Positions 26,861 to 36,612 of a stretch of 64,000 nucleotides of DNA are shown here, piece by piece; positions within the stretch are counted from its first letter, which is position 1, and every line of letters begins with the position of its first letter. A program made the position numbers and the translations under genes. A model generated the notes under the pieces. That model was not told the origin of the DNA and ran no database searches. It saw only the letters and a list, made by a program, of their open reading frames with translations. Location: positions 1 through 64,000 of IMG/VR virus record IMGVR_UViG_3300027608_000014, one strand, 5' to 3'. This DNA comes from a virus.

Positions 26861-28575
26861 TGAATAAGTTTACACAATTCTACTTGAACGAGATGAACAA
26901 GAGAGCTGCGATAAATTGGCCTTCAATCATAAAGAAGGTCAAGAGTGTTATTGCTTTAAACGCCGCACCGGTTGGCGCAGCCGCCGGTGGTGGGTACCTA
27001 AACTATGATGAGAATGATCCCATAAGATCAGCAGCCATTGGTGCCATCTCAGGATACGGTGCTACCCATATGGGACAAGGAGGGGCTAAGTTACTTCCAC
27101 AGACCGCCAAGTGGAGACCAATGAGAGCAGGTCTAGTCGGCACCTCAATGCTTGCTGGTGATGTTATTATTCCACAGGGACGTGAAATGATGCGTACCTC
27201 AAAGGAACTCAATATGGCTGACACCGCTCTTAAGTTAGAGCAAAAGAATTTCCTCCTAAATCCTCCACCAGCCGCTCCGACACCCGCTCAGCTTTACGGG
27301 CCTCCGATGCCGACGCCAGCTGCTCCCGCACCAGCTGCTCCCGCACCAGCTGCTCCCGCACCAGTTACTATCAACACTCCTAGCAAACAGAATATCAACT
27401 TGATCCCAGGTGGTCCAGCAGTCCAGTGGGCCGCAGGGCTCACCGCTCTAGGGCTGTCTGCTGCTGGCATCTACGCTTTATCACAGATTGCTCGAGCCAA
27501 TAAGCGTAAAGCTGACGGCAAGGAAACCCCTCCAGTTACCAACATCAATATGACCGGTGGTGGCGGTGAAGGTGGTGCACCTGGTGCACCTGGCGCTCCA
27601 GCTGGACCGGCTAAGCCTTCTGCTGGAACTCTCAGGGTTACACTTCCAACTCGCAATGGAAAAGATAATGAGACCCAGGTCGAGATGCCACTTGAGCAGA
27701 TCGGTCTCTCCAAGACTCTGATCAATAAGATTCGTCGTGACACCAAGCGCAGGCTACGACTTGAAAGCGACGGTCGCACGCTCCACGTCGTTCCACCAGC
27801 AACGGCGGCTACCAAGATCGCAAGATTTACAAGGAGGCCACTAAACTTTGACCACATCCTCAAGAGAGCAGACTCGACTGGACTTGACACTGCCCCCTCG
27901 AAGTCATCACCGCCTTCCGCTATTCCTAAGCTTCGCGCCGCCTCTCCAGGGCTAAGGTCCACGCCAGCTGTGATTAAGCCAGGAATCGTCAGGCCAGCTA
28001 AACCAGGCGATATCTCGCCTGAGATGAATGATCAGTTTAAAAGATTTCACGGAACTGACTTCGAGCCAACCAGTAGGGTTGATCAGCAGAAACTAAAATC
28101 ACTGCCGCCGATCAAAGTGCCTCAGCCTCCCAAGGCACCAGCGCCTGCAGCGCCTGCTCCAGCGGCACCAGCTCCCTTGTCAGCTACTCCAGTTCCATTT
28201 AAGGATCCTAATGAAGAAGAAAATGCAATCTTTGACCAAAAGAACAAAGATCTCCTAGCAGCGTCCTCGTCGAAGAATTTCTATCGTGACCGAGCGCAGA
28301 AAGGTACGATCAATCAGAACAACGATATTGCAGCAGGACGACTAAGTGGATTTGAATCACCCTTGCCAGAGCCATCTGTGAAGACCGATAGCGGTTATCC
28401 AGGCATGAGCCTGACTCCTTCTCGCCCCGCTGAACTCCAGCCAGCGCCTGAGCGGCTCGTTAAAAACCAACAACGTAGGGAGGATAAAAAGTTCCTAGAT
28501 TTCCTCGCCCGGAAGCCGAAAATTCCAGACGAACAAGTTCTTCGGCAAGGCGGGGAGGTTCCGGTTACTGATTAA
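26860..28575 (+). CDS. Modular internal-head cargo polyprotein
   Basis: Start reassigned to ATG 26860 (TAATG overlap). Leader FTQFYLNEMNKRA; TM-like helix; shares modules with the 13001 and 14637 ORFs. Confidence 0.6.
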   Translation: MNKFTQFYLNEMNKRAAINWPSIIKKVKSVIALNAAPVGAAAGGGYLNYDENDPIRSAAIGAISGYGATHMGQGGAKLLPQTAKWRPMRAGLVGTSMLAGDVIIPQGREMMRTSKELNMADTALKLEQKNFLLNPPPAAPTPAQLYGPPMPTPAAPAPAAPAPAAPAPVTINTPSKQNINLIPGGPAVQWAAGLTALGLSAAGIYALSQIARANKRKADGKETPPVTNINMTGGGGEGGAPGAPGAPAGPAKPSAGTLRVTLPTRNGKDNETQVEMPLEQIGLSKTLINKIRRDTKRRLRLESDGRTLHVVPPATAATKIARFTRRPLNFDHILKRADSTGLDTAPSKSSPPSAIPKLRAASPGLRSTPAVIKPGIVRPAKPGDISPEMNDQFKRFHGTDFEPTSRVDQQKLKSLPPIKVPQPPKAPAPAAPAPAAPAPLSATPVPFKDPNEEENAIFDQKNKDLLAASSSKNFYRDRAQKGTINQNNDIAAGRLSGFESPLPEPSVKTDSGYPGMSLTPSRPAELQPAPERLVKNQQRREDKKFLDFLARKPKIPDEQVLRQGGEVPVTD

Positions 28576-28635
28576 AGAAACAGATTAGTAAATGAGGAGT
28601 TGTGACACCCCAAAAAGTAAAATTAGAACTAAATA

Positions 28636-29085
28636 ATGGCCGTTGATCCATCCATAATCACAGAGAACGATATTCGTCTTTTCATGATCGATAAGACGAG
28701 TGACGACAACTATCTGCTGAACGATGTCGAGTTCACTCCCGAGGAGATCGCTCAGGCTCACATTCTCATTGTGGCCAAGTATAACTCCACCCTTCCTCTA
28801 ATGTCTGAAGTTACTGAGATCCCTCGGTACGAAGCGATCATTGGCACTGCCGCCATCCTTATGAGGATGAAGGCGATAAACTTTGTCCGTAACCGACTAG
28901 ACTATCAGAACAGGAATGGTACAGCGGTTCAGGATAAGAACAAGGCACCAGAGTACCTGGCTATCGCCAGGGACATGATGGTGGAGTTTGAGCGGAGAGT
29001 GAAGGCTCTCAAGACCCACCAGAACATAGAGGCCTGCTACGGTCACGTCAGTAGCCCATACCGATACGTAGGTTACCGCTGGTAA
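28636..29085 (+). CDS. Putative head-tail adaptor (neck) protein
   Basis: 149 aa, helical; DIRLFMID N-terminus; position between head and tail genes. Confidence 0.55.
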   Translation: MAVDPSIITENDIRLFMIDKTSDDNYLLNDVEFTPEEIAQAHILIVAKYNSTLPLMSEVTEIPRYEAIIGTAAILMRMKAINFVRNRLDYQNRNGTAVQDKNKAPEYLAIARDMMVEFERRVKALKTHQNIEACYGHVSSPYRYVGYRW

Positions 29086-29088
29086 ATT

Positions 29089-29886
29089 ATGGCAATCAGG
29101 GCCAAGGTTATATCAATCAAAATAGTTCCTACGATGATCAAGAGCCTCACAGGGGGATTTGACATCTATTGGGACGTACAGACCTTTGGCTTCACTCCAA
29201 CCTTCATGCCTCAGTACTCTTCGACTGAGCACGGTCCTTGGGAGGACCTGGTTGCGTCGCCGGTAGCAACCTACTCGATTTCTGAGGTTGGACCTAAGAA
29301 ACTTAGCTTTCAGGAAAATACATTCTTTAGGCTCAAGGTTCTTAATGGCTCAACTATCGTGTTGACCAGTGCAGCGTACATTCCAGGTGAGATAATGAAC
29401 GGGCACCACTTGGCCATCTATAGAGAGATGGTTCGTCGTGAGGCCCTTGAAATAGACAGGTACAATGGTAGAATAGGGCTTCTCTTCAGGAGGATCGTCT
29501 ATGGAACTGCATGCTCAATCTGCATCGATGAAACCCTAGGCGAGACCTCCTCTAACGAGTGCACCTCCTGTTTTGGTACAGGACTGGCCGGTGGCTATTA
29601 TCCTTCAGTTGCTCTTAAGGTTGACTGGTCGTCAGCACCATCTAACTTAGTAAAGACAACTCTGACTGAGAACGGCCCGTCAGAGGTCTTTGTTTGTGAA
29701 GCTGTGTTTCCTCCATATCCCGAAGTAAAGTTCAAGGATGTCTTTGCTGACCTGGCTACAGGTCAGAGACTTGAAATCAAAACCTCAGTTAAAGATGAGT
29801 ATCATGGTGGCACTATTCGACAGATTGTGACAATGTCTCTGCTATCACCTAGTGACCCAGCTTACCAACTGCCTGTCAACGTATGA
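29089..29886 (+). CDS. Putative head-closure/neck protein with Zn-finger
   Basis: CSIC...CTSCFGTG..GGYY; position. Confidence 0.55.
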   Translation: MAIRAKVISIKIVPTMIKSLTGGFDIYWDVQTFGFTPTFMPQYSSTEHGPWEDLVASPVATYSISEVGPKKLSFQENTFFRLKVLNGSTIVLTSAAYIPGEIMNGHHLAIYREMVRREALEIDRYNGRIGLLFRRIVYGTACSICIDETLGETSSNECTSCFGTGLAGGYYPSVALKVDWSSAPSNLVKTTLTENGPSEVFVCEAVFPPYPEVKFKDVFADLATGQRLEIKTSVKDEYHGGTIRQIVTMSLLSPSDPAYQLPVNV

Positions 29887-30503
29887 GTTTACGACTAGAG
29901 TATCCAATTTCATCAGATACCAGTGCTCCGTGCCAACTGAAGACCCCAATCTATATGTTGGGCTTGGGCGTTGCTCTCATTCGTCAGCACTTTGGAAACG
30001 ATGATAGAGTTGCCCTAGAGAAGTCCAAGTACTTGTGGCAGGATGACCAGGAGGCGTCTCAGGTTTACATTGGACATCAGGATAACCTGGATTACACCAC
30101 GATCGCAAAGAGACCAGCAATCATCGTGTCGCTCGACGCTCAAGCCTTCCCTAGAGAAGTTATCGCAGATCGATTTAATGTGACCGAAGATGGTGGGTCC
30201 CAATTTGTCGACTATGCTACTGGCGGATGGCTGTTTACCTGCCTCTCTGACAAGCCACTGGACAGTCTCGGCCTAGCTGGCGAGATAAAGTACTTCTTCC
30301 AGACGTACCGACAGTTCATTCGTCCAGCATACGCCCTCCAGTCCATCCGCGTGATGGCAATGGGTCGATATCAGCAACAGCAAGATTTCAAAAACATGTA
30401 CGGGACAGTAGTCTCCGTTACATTTGAGGTTCAAGATAACTTCGAAGTAGATCAGGAAAGCCTAAAGGTTGGCGCTGTCAAACTAGGATTTATCCTGGAA
30501 TAG
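29883..30503 (+). CDS. Putative tail terminator protein
   Basis: 206 aa directly upstream of the sheath gene; RPAIIVS motif. Confidence 0.5.
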   Translation: MSLRLEYPISSDTSAPCQLKTPIYMLGLGVALIRQHFGNDDRVALEKSKYLWQDDQEASQVYIGHQDNLDYTTIAKRPAIIVSLDAQAFPREVIADRFNVTEDGGSQFVDYATGGWLFTCLSDKPLDSLGLAGEIKYFFQTYRQFIRPAYALQSIRVMAMGRYQQQQDFKNMYGTVVSVTFEVQDNFEVDQESLKVGAVKLGFILE

Positions 30504-30576
30504 TGATAATCTTCTTGTGAGTCTTATCTAAACTTGCGATTATACACCTAGCTCAATTAATTGACGAGATTTCATC

Positions 30577-33500
30577 ATGGCCACCTACCGTAAACCACAA
30601 TTCACAATCCAACAAGAGTTCGCAGTTATTCCAAGTGCTATCGTTGAGCCGTTGCAGACATGCATCATCGGCCCAAGCAAGCGCGTTTACGAGTACACTG
30701 ACGCCTCTGACAAGGCAGTTGTTTCCTATGGCGAATACGACTACACAGAGGACAACACCTTCAACTACCTAGGACTGCCAACGGCAGCTGTAGTAGACGA
30801 AGGCACTGTCGAGCTTTACGTTGAAGAGCTATGGGCTCGATACGCCAGGCTCACATCGTCTGCTACCCGTGGATCAGCAGCGAACAGAATTGTTCTAACT
30901 ACAAATTCGTTTGTAGCCAGCACCGGATATGCTCGCAATTCTGCCTTTGGAACCAGAGACGTTCGTGTAGGCGATAAGGTTCGCGTCACAGCGGGCAATT
31001 CCATCACACTAGACACTAGGGTTGCCGCTCTAGCCTCTACCCCAACCGCAGCAACTGCTGCTGCTTTTGCTGCAGGATCGGGGAACCTGACGACTCGCGC
31101 CGCTAGTGCCACAGCTACCGTTGTAACCGCATCTGGCTCCCCGGCTCACACTGTATCTAGCTCTGCCGCACTATACGTCGGTAATCCATCTGACGGTGTA
31201 ATGACTGACACATACGTTGTCACATGCACAACAGCTGGCGTCGGTGGAACTCGACAGGTTGAGACGGCAACTGTGGGTGCAAGTGCGGTCGCTACAACGG
31301 GCAACGCTCTAGTTACCGTTACGACTGGTGGAGTCAGTAGGATCGTAAGTGTCGCAGTTACTGCTGCGGACGCAACTAATGCGATTGCTACCAAGATCAG
31401 AGCGGCACTCGCTGCTGATTACGTAATCGACTCTCTTTATACCGTTAGTGGATCAACCTCTGGAGTTGTACTGACACTTAAGAGTCCAGCGGCTAATGAT
31501 GCAACCATCAATATCGCAATTGCTGCGAATGGAACTGGAATCACAGCTGTTCCAACCAGTGCCGACACAACAGCTGGAGTGGCATCGGTTGCTCGATTCA
31601 GTGTAACAAGTCTCAATGGTGACAATGTTGCCGATTTCGGAGCCACTGCCATTGGAAGCGCCTTCTTTGTTGGAACCCTTGGTCTGACCGCGACTATCGC
31701 TGTAAATAGTGGAGCAGCAGCTTACGTTGCGGATGAAAGCTACTCCATCGTGGCCGTTGCTGAGTATACGACAAGCGTTCCAGTTATTACTGGAAATGCT
31801 TCGAGTTACACTGGAGCCCTAGACACTATCTACACCCTCAAGGTTGTTACTGGTGGACTGTGGACAACCACTGCTGACACTATTCGGGTCTCTGCCTCAA
31901 CCAGCAATGGTGTAGACTACAGCGCCTCAACGCCAATCTCTACTCCAACCGTAACCGGACAGGACGTATCATTTGCCCTAGGCTCACTTGGCCTGACTAT
32001 CAAGTTCCCAGTTGAATCGGTTCAGAACGCTCTCGTTACAGGTGAGACCTTCACAGTAGCGGTGACCGCTAGTGCTGCCGGTCCGATTAATCAAATCATC
32101 CTGTCTGACCCTCTTGACGCTTCGATTGCAGCATCAGCGGCGATCACTACTCTGGATCTTCACATCTACAAGGAGTCCCTGCAGATTCCAGCTAGTGGAT
32201 ATCCATCCGCAGGCTCTCAGGCCCTAACGACAACAGAAGAAGACTTCACCGTTACTGCCGCCCTAGAAATCACTGACTCAACTTGGGTTGACGGCGCAGG
32301 CGATCTCATTCCGATCCCGGTCATCAAGGGTAACATTATCGCTCCATACGAAGCGCTATTGACTGTGGGCACAAATAGCTTTGACACCATCAGTGAGCTA
32401 AGCGAAGTCGAGACCGTCCTTGGCAAGCCAATCCCAGCCAACCCGCTGGCCTATGGTGTCTACAAGGCCCTTGAGAATAGCGCCGGTCAACCAATCAACT
32501 ATGTCTCTGTTTTGTCAGATGACGTCGAGGGATTCACCTCTGCCCTGATTGCCCTTGAGCAGAGCGAGGAGGCCTACTTCATCGTTCCCCTCTCCACAAG
32601 TGCTGAGGTTCAGAGCCTCTACAAGGCTCACGTCTTGTCAATGTCTGGCACAACTCATCAGTTCGAGCGCGTCCTGCTTGTCAGCCGTCCGCTCTCAGCT
32701 ACAGAGGTCAAGTATGGTGCCAAGACAACTGGCGGCTACTGGCAAGGGTACATCGCAGCTAACAGCGCAGGAGCGTTCAAGTTACTGACCATCCCAGACG
32801 CAGACTTCCTCACAGATGGCCTAAGGGCTGGAGACTCAGTTCGTATCAACTTCAGTGTTGATCAGTATGGTGTTGAAAATTACGACACCTACGTTTTGGC
32901 AAGTGTCACTGACAATCAGAATGCGGTACTAGTGTCTGGGCCAGCTGTAGCTTACGCCACATCTGGCGCCCCAAATCGTATCGACATTGTTCGCAACCTC
33001 ACCAGGACAGAGCAGGCAGAGTCACTCGCCGCAACCTCAGGTGCGTTTGATAATCGTCGAGTCTACTCAGTCTGGCCAGATCTATTGGTTGATGACGCTG
33101 GACGAGAGGTCCCAGGACACTTCTTGGCTTGCTCCATCGCTGGCCTGAAGAGCTCAGTTGCTCCTCATCAGGGCATCACAAACTACAGCCTAAATGGCTG
33201 GTCAAGTGTAGCTCGTTCTTACAGATACTTCACCCCAACACAGCTCAACGTCGCTGCCGCAGGTGGAACGTTCATCGTCACTCAGGATGCGACAGGCGGA
33301 GAGGTTTACATTCGTCATCAGATCAGCTCTGATCCGACAGATGCCAATACCGCTCAGCTGTCTATCACAACAAACCTGGACTCAATTACTAAGTTTATCC
33401 GTGGAGATCTAAAGAACTTCATCGGTAAGTACAACAGTGGCGAAAACTTCGAGAGAATTGCTCACGCAATCATCGCTCAGAAAATCTCGTACCTACAGAC

Positions 33501-33663
33501 CCAGACATCTACAGTAACTGCTGGGCCTCAGGTTACTAGTTTTGATGTTGCCTCACTCGTGGTTAAACAAGACCCATTGATCCGCACAACGGTCAATGCA
33601 AAAGCAAGCATCGGCCTACCATACCCAGTCGATAACTTCGACTTCGTCCTAACCGTTATCTAA
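30577..33663 (+). CDS. Contractile tail sheath protein with accessory domain insertions
   Basis: 1028 aa; sheath-like C-terminus (RRVYSVWPD, IAGLKSS, IRHQIS, LSITTNLD, PYPVDN). Confidence 0.85.
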   Translation: MATYRKPQFTIQQEFAVIPSAIVEPLQTCIIGPSKRVYEYTDASDKAVVSYGEYDYTEDNTFNYLGLPTAAVVDEGTVELYVEELWARYARLTSSATRGSAANRIVLTTNSFVASTGYARNSAFGTRDVRVGDKVRVTAGNSITLDTRVAALASTPTAATAAAFAAGSGNLTTRAASATATVVTASGSPAHTVSSSAALYVGNPSDGVMTDTYVVTCTTAGVGGTRQVETATVGASAVATTGNALVTVTTGGVSRIVSVAVTAADATNAIATKIRAALAADYVIDSLYTVSGSTSGVVLTLKSPAANDATINIAIAANGTGITAVPTSADTTAGVASVARFSVTSLNGDNVADFGATAIGSAFFVGTLGLTATIAVNSGAAAYVADESYSIVAVAEYTTSVPVITGNASSYTGALDTIYTLKVVTGGLWTTTADTIRVSASTSNGVDYSASTPISTPTVTGQDVSFALGSLGLTIKFPVESVQNALVTGETFTVAVTASAAGPINQIILSDPLDASIAASAAITTLDLHIYKESLQIPASGYPSAGSQALTTTEEDFTVTAALEITDSTWVDGAGDLIPIPVIKGNIIAPYEALLTVGTNSFDTISELSEVETVLGKPIPANPLAYGVYKALENSAGQPINYVSVLSDDVEGFTSALIALEQSEEAYFIVPLSTSAEVQSLYKAHVLSMSGTTHQFERVLLVSRPLSATEVKYGAKTTGGYWQGYIAANSAGAFKLLTIPDADFLTDGLRAGDSVRINFSVDQYGVENYDTYVLASVTDNQNAVLVSGPAVAYATSGAPNRIDIVRNLTRTEQAESLAATSGAFDNRRVYSVWPDLLVDDAGREVPGHFLACSIAGLKSSVAPHQGITNYSLNGWSSVARSYRYFTPTQLNVAAAGGTFIVTQDATGGEVYIRHQISSDPTDANTAQLSITTNLDSITKFIRGDLKNFIGKYNSGENFERIAHAIIAQKISYLQTQTSTVTAGPQVTSFDVASLVVKQDPLIRTTVNAKASIGLPYPVDNFDFVLTVI

Positions 33664-33672
33664 TCAATCCAA

Positions 33673-34143
33673 ATGGCAACAGACATCTATAAACGCCCAG
33701 TTCGTAACGTTGGTGGAGTATTCAGTGTTGAATCTTCCCTGGCAACATTCAGCGGAGGCTCCGGTACAAGCGCCGGTATCGCCTCTCTGGTTCAACAGGT
33801 TCAGTGGAACTATCCTCGAGATGTGAAATACATCTACGAGATCGGCTCTACTGATGAATATCGAGTCCTGGGTCGTACCCGTGGATCTCTGAGCATTGGT
33901 CGAATCGTTGGCGCTAATGGCGGTAACATCGTCGATGAAGAGCTCTTTGATGCCTGTGACACAGGCGGAACCATGACAATCTCTGCAAAGGGACAGCTCT
34001 GTAATGGTAAGGGAGCTACGGTCATCTACACATTCTCAAGTCTGTTTGTTGTCGACTTTGGTGGCACTATCTCAGTTGAGGATCAAATGATTCGTGAAAA
34101 CGTCCAGCTAACCTTCTCTGGGTTGGCTAAGTCAACCAGCTAG
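33673..34143 (+). CDS. Tail tube protein
   Basis: 156 aa after the sheath; YEIGS..Y..GRTRGSLSIGRIVG. Confidence 0.8.
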   Translation: MATDIYKRPVRNVGGVFSVESSLATFSGGSGTSAGIASLVQQVQWNYPRDVKYIYEIGSTDEYRVLGRTRGSLSIGRIVGANGGNIVDEELFDACDTGGTMTISAKGQLCNGKGATVIYTFSSLFVVDFGGTISVEDQMIRENVQLTFSGLAKSTS

Positions 34144-34189
34144 GTCGTTATTTAAGGATTGCTTAGCAGTCACAATCAAGATTAACTTC

Positions 34190-34226
34190 TGGCGACGCTC
34201 GAAAAGGGGCGTCGCCATTTTTTTTT
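34190..34226 (+). terminator. Intrinsic terminator after sheath/tube genes
   Basis: TGGCGACGCTC-loop-GGGCGTCGCCA followed by T9, abutting ATG 34227. Confidence 0.85.
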
Positions 34227-36611
34227 ATGAATCTCAACTCCGCAGTTAACTCATTCGAAATCAAAGGAACAGGGCCAGATCATGGAATGGGCAATCTAAT
34301 TGCCTCAAACAACCTCGAAGGTACGTCCATTTTCCTTGGCAAGATCGACAACACCTTTCCTGCCTCAGGGTGTTGCAAAGTGAGCCTATACGGATACCTG
34401 ACGGATATTCCTTGCTACTTGCCGTCATCGGTCATGGGAGGGCTGTTTGGTGCTCGATCAATCTCCCTGCCGCCAATTGGCACTGATGTGCTAGTCTATG
34501 TATCGCCTAACAAGAAGGTTGGGTACATTCTGATGCTTATGCCGCCAACTGACTCTTCCCCAGGGTCTTCTCCAGCAGGTCAGTTGGTTACAGAGGGTGG
34601 AGTTACTGCCTACAGTGAAAATGAATCCTTTAATCAAGACGACTGGTGCGGTGGGTCAGATCTTCCCCAGGCTGGAGGGGGATCGCCAGTTGACGCGCTG
34701 TCTGGAGATGCGGGCATAATCAATGACCTAGGATGTTTCGTTGGATTGCTACGAGCAATCGCCATGCTGCGTGGAAGTGACTTAGCAAAGATTGAGGCCT
34801 TTGCTATGAATGATCGCTTGAATATTGTAGGTCACAATCTCAACATCTTTACGTCACAAGGAGAGAAAAGGACATTCAACGATCACGGTAGAATCTCAGA
34901 GGAAGAGCAGTCAGCCCTTAGACAGAAAGAGTCGCTTGGAACAGATAGTCCTTCTGGCGCATTTGAGGATAATCCAGACGCAAACATCAGAACGAAGGCC
35001 GATGAGATAGCCCTCGAGGAGAAAGAGGAGAGACAGGTTCTTAAGCCCAGATGGAAGAGATGGACTGGCTGGCTTGGTGACTTCTCCCAGTCTTTTCTGT
35101 GTAGACCGGCATCTGGAATTGGATCTCTAAATAAAGCCAGTAAACCAGACCTTGGACTATATCAGGAGTCACTAACGATATCTGGCCAGCACATTGAACG
35201 AAGCATTGTTGGTGGAGGAATACACAAGTCGTTTCAGATCGCTGTACCCAAGAAGAAGAGGGAGTACGACGATCCAGACGGAGACAAGGTTATACCTGAC
35301 GTCATCAAGTCTGACTTCCAACTCGACACGGAGCACCCAGCGGGATCCGCCGCTCAGCACAGAGACTATCTAGCTCATCTATTCAACAAGCAGCTCCCAA
35401 GTAATAGAGATGCTCTGAAAAAAGACTGGGAGACTCCTGACGAGGCTACCTGTCCAGCTCCTGGCCCGGCACCTTCAGTTCCCGGACTGGGAGAGTTCTT
35501 CCGTGAATTTCCTGAAGAGCAGGACATCATGGCCGCACAATCTGGTATCACCGATGATGCCGAACTTGGCGTCAAGAATTTTAGAGTGGGCGAGGCCTTC
35601 ATGGGAATCCTTCCTGATGGTTCTATCTTACTACGCAACGCATGGGGAGATTCTATTCAGCTGATTGCGGGTCACTGCATTGTAACGGCCAGCAAGAATA
35701 TTACGACTGCAGCCGGTGGATCTGTCATTAGCTTGGCCGGAGACGATCAAATCATCAAGGCGCGTAGGTACCTAGATATTACCACAACAGAGGGCCAGGT
35801 CCGAATTAAGGGCCAGAAGGACGTTCTGATCCATACAGAAGCTGGCGGAATGCTTCTTAGTGCGCCATATACAAATGCTAACATTGAGGACGTCGAAAAG
35901 GGCGAACTGCAAGGTTTGCGGGGTATTGTTCTGAAGTCTGAGCCAGGAGTGACTATCACATCGGATTGTGTATCACTAGTCTCAGAGAGAAGAATTGAGA
36001 TAAAGGGCGCGAACTCTAAAGTTCCACAGCTCGTGACTGACTGTGATAATCAAATTCATAGAGTAAGAAATACAGTCTCCTACCAGCTGGACAGTGAGTA
36101 TGTCGTATTCTCAGGGGGACAGATTTTGTGCACAAACGGAATCTTTACAGATGGATCATTATTTGTCAGAGAGAGTATTGCCTTTGGTGGCGGCTCTGGT
36201 CAAGTTGACAATGTAGATGACATTCCAACCATCAAGCCTAACTTCGAATTGCTCTTTACTGATGATCTGTTTGTCAGCAACATATACACCGACGAACAGA
36301 TCACTAATATCAAGTTCACATACCGTAGCACTGAGGAGTATGCCGCAACTGATGCGGTCTGGTACGAAAGTGAGTGGCAGAGGACTATGGACGGGCTAAT
36401 ATCATGGAGAGAGCCCGATATCGATGATACTTATCCATGGCCCGGAGAGGAGCACTACAAAGAAGAAAACTTTAAGAAGTCATTCATCACCTACAAAGAA
36501 GTAAATGTAGAAAAGAGTGGTAAACCTAAGAGTAGAGACATACAGTCTGACAAACACGGAGCCTTTACTGGAAATCAATTCTCTAGTTTTAAAGTGCACC
36601 CAAGTAGATAA
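34227..36611 (+). CDS. Baseplate central spike (gp5/VgrG-like)
   Basis: OB-fold-like LPPIGTDVLVY N-terminus; beta-helix-like repeats in the C-terminal half. Confidence 0.6.
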   Translation: MNLNSAVNSFEIKGTGPDHGMGNLIASNNLEGTSIFLGKIDNTFPASGCCKVSLYGYLTDIPCYLPSSVMGGLFGARSISLPPIGTDVLVYVSPNKKVGYILMLMPPTDSSPGSSPAGQLVTEGGVTAYSENESFNQDDWCGGSDLPQAGGGSPVDALSGDAGIINDLGCFVGLLRAIAMLRGSDLAKIEAFAMNDRLNIVGHNLNIFTSQGEKRTFNDHGRISEEEQSALRQKESLGTDSPSGAFEDNPDANIRTKADEIALEEKEERQVLKPRWKRWTGWLGDFSQSFLCRPASGIGSLNKASKPDLGLYQESLTISGQHIERSIVGGGIHKSFQIAVPKKKREYDDPDGDKVIPDVIKSDFQLDTEHPAGSAAQHRDYLAHLFNKQLPSNRDALKKDWETPDEATCPAPGPAPSVPGLGEFFREFPEEQDIMAAQSGITDDAELGVKNFRVGEAFMGILPDGSILLRNAWGDSIQLIAGHCIVTASKNITTAAGGSVISLAGDDQIIKARRYLDITTTEGQVRIKGQKDVLIHTEAGGMLLSAPYTNANIEDVEKGELQGLRGIVLKSEPGVTITSDCVSLVSERRIEIKGANSKVPQLVTDCDNQIHRVRNTVSYQLDSEYVVFSGGQILCTNGIFTDGSLFVRESIAFGGGSGQVDNVDDIPTIKPNFELLFTDDLFVSNIYTDEQITNIKFTYRSTEEYAATDAVWYESEWQRTMDGLISWREPDIDDTYPWPGEEHYKEENFKKSFITYKEVNVEKSGKPKSRDIQSDKHGAFTGNQFSSFKVHPSR

Positions 36612-36612
36612 T

